DNA of 64,000 nucleotides from Puniceicoccales bacterium (GTDB lineage Bacteria; Verrucomicrobiota; Verrucomicrobiia; Opitutales; JAIRKQ01): NCBI GenBank assembly GCA_031266345.1, contig JAISBD010000022.1, positions 16,451 to 80,450 of the forward strand, read 5' to 3'. Shown piece by piece: positions 57,276 to 64,000 of this stretch (position 1 is its first letter; each line of letters starts with the position of its first letter). The notes under the pieces were generated by a model. It saw only the letters and a program-made list of their open reading frames with translations, ran no database searches and was not told where the DNA came from. The position numbers and the translations under genes were made by a program.

Positions 57276-59069
57276 ATGAAAAGGTCGCATAAGTGCAATG
57301 AGCTGGATACGTCCCACGTCGGGCAAAATGTCCGCCTAATTGGCTGGGTTCAATCGATTCGCGACCATGGAGGTCTGCTTTTTGTGGACCTGCGCGACCG
57401 CGAAGGCATCACTCAAATTGTTTTTGATCCGAAGCTGGAGAAATTTCGCGATGTCCATTCCCTGCGCGATGAGTCCGTCATCGAAGTAGGTGGGACCGTC
57501 ACCCGGCGGCCACTGGAAACGGTCAATCCTCGCCTGGCCACGGGGGAAGTGGAGGTGCTCGCCGACGAGCTGACCATTCACAACCTGTGCGAGCCGCTGC
57601 CTTTCCCCATGGAAGATTCTAAGGCGGAACAGGTTAGTGAGGATTTGCGCCTAACCTACCGCTACCTCGATTTGCGCAGAAAAAATAGCTATCATCGCTT
57701 ATTTTTGCGCCACATTGCTGCCCGTACCGCTCGCAATTATCTCGATGAAAATGGATTTTTGGAAGTTGAAGTACCCTATTTGTTCAAGACCACGCCGGAA
57801 GGGGCGCGCGAATTCCTAGTGCCAAGTCGCCTGAATCCCGGCTGCGCCTATGCTCTGGCTCAGTCCCCGCAGCAATATAAGCAGATGCTCATGGTCGCCG
57901 GGATCGAACGCTACTATTCACTGGCACGCTGCTTCAGGGACGAGGACCTGCGTGCGGACCGCCAACCGGAATTCACCCAGATTGACCTGGAAATGTCATT
58001 CATCGACCGGGAAGATATTTACGCCCTAGTGGAGGGGATGTTGGCGCGTATCTGGAAAAATACTTTGGGCGTCGATCTGAAAACGCCCTTTCTTCGCATG
58101 CCTTTCAGGGACGCGATGAACGATTACGGCTCCGATAAGCCCGACATGCGCTTCCCGATGAGAATTCACGACTTTACGGATGCATTCCGCTCATCGGCGT
58201 TTAAGGTTTTTGCGCAGAGTGTCGCCGATGGGGGCGTCGTTAAAGCATTTAATGCTAAAGGCTTAGCTATTTTGTCCCAGGGAGAAATGAAGCAGCTTGA
58301 GGACGCCGCACGGGCAATGGGAGCAAAGGGGTTGGCCTTTATCAAGGCCGAAGATGGGCAGTGGAAATCGCCCATTTTGAAATTTTTATCCGAGGCTGAG
58401 AAAGGGTGCTTGCGTTCGGAGCTAGGTGTCGAGGAGGGAGACATCCTATTTTTCGCCGCTGGGAAGTGGGAAAACTCCTGCAATATTTTGGGACGCGTGC
58501 GTCTGGAATGCCGCGACATAGCCGTGAAGTACGGATTGCTATCCATCCCGAATAATGCATTCAATTTTTTATGGGTGGTGGACTTTCCGCTGATGACCTT
58601 CGATGGGGAGCGAAATCGCTACGTCGCTACCCACCATCCCTTTACGGCACCTGTCCCGGAAGACTTGCCCATTCTCGCTTCCCATCCCCACGCCGTCAGG
58701 GGGCAGCACTATGACATCGTGCTGAATGGCATGGAGCTCGGCGGCGGAAGCATAAGGATTCACCGCTTCGATGTGCAGGAAAAAGTGCTCAAAGATATTT
58801 TGAAAATTGACGGCGATGTGGTCGATAGTCGCTTTGGATACATGCTGCGGGCGTTCAAGTACGGTGCGCCACCGCACGGCGGAATCGCCCTTGGACTGGA
58901 TAGGATAGGGGCAATAATTTGTGGAACGAGTAGCATCCGAGACGTTCTCGCCTTTCCCAAAACCCAAAAAGGCCAAGATTTAATGTGCCAATCCCCGTCG
59001 ATCCCAACGGAAAAGCAGTGGTGCGACTTGTTCATAAAGTCCACCGCTGTGCAGCATGGAAAAGATTGA
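57276..59069 (+). CDS. aspS: aspartyl-tRNA synthetase (probably non-discriminating given gatCA)
   Basis: OB-fold N-terminus VRLIGWVQSIRDHGGLLFVDLRD, class II motifs FRDEDLRADRQPEFTQID and GGGSIRIH, LGLDR. SD GGAGA lies 5 nt before ATG 57276. Confidence 0.93.
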   Translation: MKRSHKCNELDTSHVGQNVRLIGWVQSIRDHGGLLFVDLRDREGITQIVFDPKLEKFRDVHSLRDESVIEVGGTVTRRPLETVNPRLATGEVEVLADELTIHNLCEPLPFPMEDSKAEQVSEDLRLTYRYLDLRRKNSYHRLFLRHIAARTARNYLDENGFLEVEVPYLFKTTPEGAREFLVPSRLNPGCAYALAQSPQQYKQMLMVAGIERYYSLARCFRDEDLRADRQPEFTQIDLEMSFIDREDIYALVEGMLARIWKNTLGVDLKTPFLRMPFRDAMNDYGSDKPDMRFPMRIHDFTDAFRSSAFKVFAQSVADGGVVKAFNAKGLAILSQGEMKQLEDAARAMGAKGLAFIKAEDGQWKSPILKFLSEAEKGCLRSELGVEEGDILFFAAGKWENSCNILGRVRLECRDIAVKYGLLSIPNNAFNFLWVVDFPLMTFDGERNRYVATHHPFTAPVPEDLPILASHPHAVRGQHYDIVLNGMELGGGSIRIHRFDVQEKVLKDILKIDGDVVDSRFGYMLRAFKYGAPPHGGIALGLDRIGAIICGTSSIRDVLAFPKTQKGQDLMCQSPSIPTEKQWCDLFIKSTAVQHGKD

Positions 59070-59213
59070 CCCAAATTCGCTAGGGGGCAAACCTTCTGCG
59101 AAGGCAGGGAAGGACTGAAAAGGAGAGCGGAATTCAATGCGTTTTTTTAAGGGAAAACATGCCAAGCTCCGCTAAATTAAACCTTGGGCAAAGGTGAAAA
59201 AATTTACTTCTCT

Positions 59214-59248
59214 GAAAAAAAAGAGCCCGCCGAAGGGCGGGCTCTTTT
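59214..59248. terminator. bidirectional rho-independent terminator
   Basis: Perfect 9-bp stem GAGCCCGCC (59223-59231) / GGCGGGCTC (59236-59244) with a GAAG loop, flanked by an A-run and a T-run, between convergent aspS and the OMP gene. Confidence 0.8.
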
Positions 59249-59266
59249 GAATAATTTTTTACGAGT

Positions 59267-60133
59267 TCAAAACGAACAATCAACGGAAGCGTTGAACCAT
59301 ACGAAATTCTTCCTAGCAGAACCGCCACCGGCAACACTGTTAACCCACGTGTCTTTGGAAGCATTGTTCCCAGCAAATTCGACGCCGGCACGGGCTTTAG
59401 CATGCTCATTTAAGCCATACACCAAGTCAGCGTTCAAGCCATAGTAGAAATAATCCTTTTTGCCTCCCTGACTCCCAACGCTTGCGTTGGATGCAAAATA
59501 CCTCTTCGCCTTGTCGTAGCCAACCTTTGCCCCCAATTCGACGGCAACATTACCCACGCCAAATTGCCCAAGGTCATAGGTATAGGCCACGCGCCCCTCA
59601 ATGGCTATCTCTCTGCAGCCGAAATCGTAGAATAAGTATAGCGATGGGGATAGCAACACATCTCCCAATAGGCCCACATATATCTCACTCGTATTACGTT
59701 TAAAGGGAGAAACGCCGGGCTCAAAGGCAAAGCTCTCCCCCTCCTTTCCATTAGGCTTATCAAGCACCGTGGGCATATTTGTGAAAAAATGGTGAATATA
59801 TCCGCCATCCACCGTAAATATTTCGGTGATCTCGTAGGACGCGCCCAGGTATGGATTGACCTCATTCCTTGTGGCTGGAAATTTTGTATTCGGATGCACA
59901 TCGCCGTCCAAACCTAAAAATGCGTAGGTACCAACATAAACTTTGGCCTTTTCGAGTACTGACAAGTTAACCTCAGCCCTAGGTGCAAATACTTTATGCC
60001 CCTGCTCACGGCCGCGAACAACGTGCTCCGTCGAAAGCTTAACGCGGGTATCTAACCCAAATGCGGGCACCTCAAATGCCCCTAAGCAGCTAATCCCCAG
60101 TAAAGTGGCAGCTGCCATAACTATTTTCTTCAT
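59267..60133 (-). CDS. outer-membrane beta-barrel protein with signal peptide
   Basis: MKKIVMAAATLLGISCLGA signal peptide, alternating beta-strand pattern, C-terminal ..NASVDCSF (terminal Phe). SD GGAGGT lies 7 nt before ATG 60133. Confidence 0.7.
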   Translation of the reverse strand: MKKIVMAAATLLGISCLGAFEVPAFGLDTRVKLSTEHVVRGREQGHKVFAPRAEVNLSVLEKAKVYVGTYAFLGLDGDVHPNTKFPATRNEVNPYLGASYEITEIFTVDGGYIHHFFTNMPTVLDKPNGKEGESFAFEPGVSPFKRNTSEIYVGLLGDVLLSPSLYLFYDFGCREIAIEGRVAYTYDLGQFGVGNVAVELGAKVGYDKAKRYFASNASVGSQGGKKDYFYYGLNADLVYGLNEHAKARAGVEFAGNNASKDTWVNSVAGGGSARKNFVWFNASVDCSF

Positions 60134-60304
60134 AGTAAATACCTCCATTTAGTTTTAATTCAGGACTTGGTCGCATAAGCAACCAACGAGACTATAGGCT
60201 ACGCATAGCGGCGGCAAAGTCAAGATTTTTATCTTTTTTTTAGGAAATTTTTTTAAAATTTTTATATCTTCACCTTTAAATTTAAAATTTTTTTATAAAA
60301 CATC

Positions 60305-61048
60305 TCATTTGTTGCGATTTTTAGCCAGGATTCGCATGTATTTATATGAGGTAAAAAATGCTTGAGTATAAGCGATATAAAAGCCGGGAAAACCATCCAA
60401 AAATCCCAATTTAAATAAATATCCGCGGATAAATTTCCAACAGGAGTGCAGCAGAATAATCGGGATGGATCTCTCCTGTGGCGACTCAAATAATTCTGCA
60501 TATTTCACATTTTTTTTCATGTAATCCTCGACGCTCTTGAAAGAATAGTGGAGCAAGTGTCCCTCCAGCTTTTTAATTTGGCCGGATATGTTTAATTTTT
60601 CATGCACCCTATCCGCCGTCCAACTCCCATGTTTTTTGCGGAGTAACCTTGTCTTATAATCTGGCGTCCAATCGCCGTGCCTTATCCACCTGTTGATGAA
60701 AAATGTGCTCCTGGCGAAGTATGCGCCGGAATAGGCGTGGTCATTTGCTTTTATGAACGATGCAATGGAATCATGCAATTCGCCGTCCACTTCCTCATCG
60801 GCGTCGATGCAGAGAATCCATGGTTGCGAGGCATGGTGCAATGCCAAATTTTTTTGCTGGGAAAATCCATGCCAAATTTCCTCGTACACCTTAGCATTGA
60901 AAGCCTTTGCTATCTCCACCGTTTTATCATGGCAATCATTGACGACCACGATAATTTCATCGGCCAAATCCCTTATTGAGCGCAAGCAGCGGCCGATATT
61001 TTGCTCCTCGTTGGAAGCTATAATTGTTACACTTAGTGGTAATACCAT
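60305..61048 (-). CDS. glycosyltransferase family 2 (LPS core type, KdtX/WaaE-like)
   Basis: LSVTIIASNEEQNIGRCLRSI.., IDADEEV (DxD). Start moved to ATG 61048. Confidence 0.8.
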   Translation of the reverse strand: MVLPLSVTIIASNEEQNIGRCLRSIRDLADEIIVVVNDCHDKTVEIAKAFNAKVYEEIWHGFSQQKNLALHHASQPWILCIDADEEVDGELHDSIASFIKANDHAYSGAYFARSTFFINRWIRHGDWTPDYKTRLLRKKHGSWTADRVHEKLNISGQIKKLEGHLLHYSFKSVEDYMKKNVKYAELFESPQERSIPIILLHSCWKFIRGYLFKLGFLDGFPGFYIAYTQAFFTSYKYMRILAKNRNK

Positions 61049-61107
61049 GGAAAAGTATATAATCAGTGCTTGATTATTTGCAAATATATTTATAGTTGCT
61101 AGCAATA

Positions 61108-61737
61108 ATGGACATTGTGGGTAGCAGGTGTCCCGTGCGGGGCAAACAGGTCACGGAGGGGCTTGACAGCGATGATATCGGACTAGTGGAGCGTATCCGT
61201 GCCCACGATACAGCGGCATTCGACACACTCGTAAAAAAATATCGCGGGCGCCTGTATTCCGTAATTTACAACTTGACATCGAATAGGGATGATGCCTTTG
61301 ATTTAACCCAAGATGTTCTCATAAAGATGTTTCAATCCATCGATAAGTTCAACGGAAGGTCGGCATTTTTCACCTGGTTGTATCGCATAGCCGTAAATAC
61401 CACCATCTCTTTTATTAGGAAGAATAAGTTGCGGCGGTTTTTTAGCTTTGAAAAGATGCAGGAGGAGGGCATTGAAGAGGCGTACATTGACAATTTTTTG
61501 CTGGATAAGCAGCGGGGAGACAGGTCAATTTTTCTAAAAGAATTGCAAGAAAATTTGAACATTGCATTGCAAAAATTGTCTAATAGGCACAGGGTTGTGA
61601 TTGTGCTATACGAAATTGAAGGTTTGGATCACGGTGAAATCGCTTCCGTATTGGGGTGTTCGGTGGGGACGGTGCGCTCGCGGTTGCACTATGCGAAGGA
61701 GCAATTGAAAGTTTTTTTGAAGGACTATGTGGAATGA
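61108..61737 (+). CDS. ECF-type RNA polymerase sigma factor
   Basis: Region 2 (DDAFDLTQDVLIKMF..FFTWLYRIAVN) and region 4 HTH (HGEIASVLGCSVGTVRSRLHYAK). Confidence 0.85.
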   Translation: MDIVGSRCPVRGKQVTEGLDSDDIGLVERIRAHDTAAFDTLVKKYRGRLYSVIYNLTSNRDDAFDLTQDVLIKMFQSIDKFNGRSAFFTWLYRIAVNTTISFIRKNKLRRFFSFEKMQEEGIEEAYIDNFLLDKQRGDRSIFLKELQENLNIALQKLSNRHRVVIVLYEIEGLDHGEIASVLGCSVGTVRSRLHYAKEQLKVFLKDYVE

Positions 61738-62174
61738 AGCAGGGTTTTGACGATAGAAGCGATAAGCGTTTGCACGATTTGCTGCGGATCAAGCGTCTTG
61801 AACGTCCGGATAGCAAGCGGTGGGTAAAGTTTGACCGATGCTTCGAGCGGAAGCGTCTGTCAGCGATGATGGAAAAGAAGGTTTCAGTGAGCGAACGAAT
61901 TTTGGCAATATTCGGGAGCAAACGCTTTGCATGCGCGATGTCCGGTTTATGCCTAGTCATCATTGCTACGATCGGGATTGGTCGCAGCAGCGAATATTAC
62001 TCCCTCCAATATGCCTGCAGCGGTTCGGGGGGGGATAGGAGGCTATCCTACGTCCGCGACGATATTTTGTGCAATGTGGAGAATGTGGACTTTAGGACAC
62101 AGTTTAATCACATTTCCCATGGGGTCGCCTACGTTTGCGATTCCATATTGAGCAAAGGTGCGTTTGTGCGGTGA
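61734..62174 (+). CDS. putative anti-sigma factor (single-pass membrane protein)
   Basis: ATGA overlap with the sigma gene stop. One TM segment (FACAMSGLCLVIIATIGIG). Context-based call. Confidence 0.5.
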   Translation: MKQGFDDRSDKRLHDLLRIKRLERPDSKRWVKFDRCFERKRLSAMMEKKVSVSERILAIFGSKRFACAMSGLCLVIIATIGIGRSSEYYSLQYACSGSGGDRRLSYVRDDILCNVENVDFRTQFNHISHGVAYVCDSILSKGAFVR

Positions 62175-62182
62175 GAATTATC

Positions 62183-63250
62183 ATGCTGAAAAAATTTCTG
62201 CGAGTTTTCGCGGCGGCCGTGTTTTTCTTCTATGGAAATCTGCTTTGTGCCACAGAGGTGGAGCGGAGCAACGGGGCAGAGGAGAAGTTTAGCCTGGCAA
62301 ATCTCTGCGAAGGGGCGGCATTTGGGGAATATGTGAGCACCACTTTCGAGCGCTACAAAAACAGTGTGGTGCGGGTTGTTGGGGTCGTCAGTCTTCCGGA
62401 GGAGGGCAAGCAGGAAGATGACTCGGCACCGCAGACCCAGCATGTGCTATCCGGCACCGGCTTTTTTGTTTCGGACAAAGCACACGTCCTGACAGCAGCT
62501 TCAATAGTATCTTCCGCGCGGGTCCTGTGGGTAGAGTACCGCGGTCTCTCCTATGCGGCGGAGTGCGTTGGCTACGATGCGGCAACAAATATCGCCATAA
62601 TCAGGCTATTGCAGCCGCCCGAATCCTTCGAAATAGTCGGCATAGGCGACAGCGATGAGCACGCTCTGGCGCGCATAGGGGAATTTGCAATTTTTATCGG
62701 CTGCCGCTTGGACCTCGATCCGGCACCGGCAATTGGCAACATTGTCGGCAAAAATATCGCCTATGGGGAGCGCACCTTTGTGACCACATACCTGCGCTCG
62801 GACATAGAACTTTGCGGCGGGGAAAGCGGGGCACCGGTTTTCGACCTAGATGGGGATCTAATCGGCTGCATGGTGGCAGCTCTACCGGAACTCCATTCCA
62901 GCTTTATTCTGCCAAAGCGCGCACTGAAGCGCATCTGCGACGATATCATCAAACTGGGCAAGGTCACCTACGGGGCAATCGGCATTGATATCCACGCCGA
63001 GTATAAGCTAGGGCTGGGGCAGCAAATAATAGTTTCCCGCGTCGTACACGATTCCTACGCTGAAAAAAGTGGCCTACTGGCCGGCGATGTACTTTTATCT
63101 ATGAATAATTTTTCAATCAAGCATCGGGAAGATTTGCACAATGCTCTATTTTTTGCACACCCCGGCTCCGACATGCACATCGTGGTCATGCGCGGCGACG
63201 AATGCCACGAACTCACCATGAAAGTTGACCAATCCGTTGCCAAGAAGTGA
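62183..63250 (+). CDS. HtrA/DegS-like trypsin-fold plus PDZ protein with a degenerate catalytic triad
   Basis: Signal peptide MLKKFLRVFAAAVFFFYGNLLCA. Colinear with DegP (recalled), but His is Ser (LTAASIV), Asp is Asn (ATNIAII) and Ser is kept (GGESGAPV). PDZ domain at the C-terminus. Confidence 0.75.
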   Translation: MLKKFLRVFAAAVFFFYGNLLCATEVERSNGAEEKFSLANLCEGAAFGEYVSTTFERYKNSVVRVVGVVSLPEEGKQEDDSAPQTQHVLSGTGFFVSDKAHVLTAASIVSSARVLWVEYRGLSYAAECVGYDAATNIAIIRLLQPPESFEIVGIGDSDEHALARIGEFAIFIGCRLDLDPAPAIGNIVGKNIAYGERTFVTTYLRSDIELCGGESGAPVFDLDGDLIGCMVAALPELHSSFILPKRALKRICDDIIKLGKVTYGAIGIDIHAEYKLGLGQQIIVSRVVHDSYAEKSGLLAGDVLLSMNNFSIKHREDLHNALFFAHPGSDMHIVVMRGDECHELTMKVDQSVAKK

Positions 63251-63251
63251 G

Positions 63252-64000
63252 ATGGACGAAAAACCTGCACAGGGGAGGGTGCTGCACACCGCCACCCTCG
63301 ACGGAGAGCAAAGCGATAATTTGTGCCAGTGGCTATGGGCGCACGGCTGGAAGCCCTACACCGTGGTGCACAGCCAATTCGCATTTAAGGGCGATGGCGT
63401 CAACGTTGTCATGTACAAGAGTGGAAAGCTTGTTGTGCAGGGGAAAAAAACGGATGATTTCGTCGAGTTCGTGCTCGAGCCGGAGATCACGCACTTTGCC
63501 GGCCTAACCCGCGGCGATGCTGACCGCGGAGAATGGTTTGAGGAGCATGCCGGGATGGATGAGAGCGGGAAGGGTGACTTGTTTGGCCCGCTCGTGACCG
63601 CCTGCGTCATTGCCGGTGGAAGCACGGTGGAAAAATTAATTGCCAGCGGGGTCAAGGACAGTAAGCAAATTACGAGCGATGCCCAAATTTTGAATCTGGA
63701 TGGGAAGATTCGTGCCTCCGATTGCGTCGTAAAAACGATGCAGCTAAGCATGGCGAAATACAACGAATTGTACGTAAAGTTCAACAGTAACATGAATCTT
63801 TTGCTCGGCTGGATGCATGCCTGTTCTCTCAGGGATGCGCTTTCGGAGAGGCGTGTTAGCTGGGGCTTGCTGGATCAATTTTCCAAAAAACCCATCGTGC
63901 AGGGCATGCTCCGAGACCCAGATTTTGACCTAAGGATGCAGACCAAGGCGGAAAGTGACCCGGTTGTGGCGGCCGCATCGATTGTTGCCCGCGCCGAGTA
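63252..64000 (+). CDS. rnhC: ribonuclease HIII, N-terminal ~250 aa (3' end outside window)
   Basis: My own translation from ATG 63252: ..MYKSGKLVVQGKK.. (TBP-like N-domain), GMDESGKGDLFGPLV, KDSKQI. Not in the ORF track because no stop lies inside the window. Confidence 0.85.
   Translation, partial: MDEKPAQGRVLHTATLDGEQSDNLCQWLWAHGWKPYTVVHSQFAFKGDGVNVVMYKSGKLVVQGKKTDDFVEFVLEPEITHFAGLTRGDADRGEWFEEHAGMDESGKGDLFGPLVTACVIAGGSTVEKLIASGVKDSKQITSDAQILNLDGKIRASDCVVKTMQLSMAKYNELYVKFNSNMNLLLGWMHACSLRDALSERRVSWGLLDQFSKKPIVQGMLRDPDFDLRMQTKAESDPVVAAASIVARAE

Noticed and set aside
63247..63793. Track ORFs 63247-63507(+) and 63356-63793(-) as genes.
   Set aside because: Both overlap the RNase HIII frame starting at 63252, which carries the DESGKGDxFGP motif. 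That frame is missing from the track only because it runs past the window end.

Overview
Gene-dense 64-kb bacterial chromosomal window, mostly housekeeping genes. These include serS (partial), rmuC, gatC-gatA, pheT, alaS, ychF, ndk, gpsA, glgP, ruvA, ispH, fabV, lpxB, rarA, secA, mnmA, gmhA, accB-accC, dapF, lepA, grpE-dnaJ, aspS and rnhC (partial), plus several LPS core and lipid A genes. The content (gatCA, RNase HIII, glycogen genes, an isolated type III secretion needle module, orphan effector-like proteins) suggests a host-associated PVC-type bacterium (Chlamydiae/Verrucomicrobia-like). Taxonomy cannot be settled from this sequence alone. The most unusual region is 38.0-42.5 kb. It holds a 257-bp tandem duplication of the rarA 3' end, then tRNA-Ala. 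Next comes a 1.4-kb nested tandem array of 13 copies of a 45-bp inverted-repeat core, whose longest unit carries a primase zinc-ribbon relic. After that are an excisionase-like HTH ORF interrupted by an 11-copy octanucleotide repeat that separates it from its only ATG, a tyrosine recombinase whose catalytic TGxR segment is out of frame, and an atypical initiator-like tRNA-Met. Diverged direct repeats 3' of the two tRNAs bracket this region, and their homology ends exactly where the array begins. I read it as a decayed integrative element with a repeat architecture I cannot assign to a known class. Other notable items are a T3SS needle/chaperone/inner-rod cluster with two needle paralogs and a 655-aa orphan with a full protein-kinase-like motif set. 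There are also three apparent pseudoenzymes (MalQ-like, HtrA-like in an ECF sigma operon, RluA-like) and a possible signal peptide on Ndk. All functional calls rest on motifs read by eye; no database search was run.
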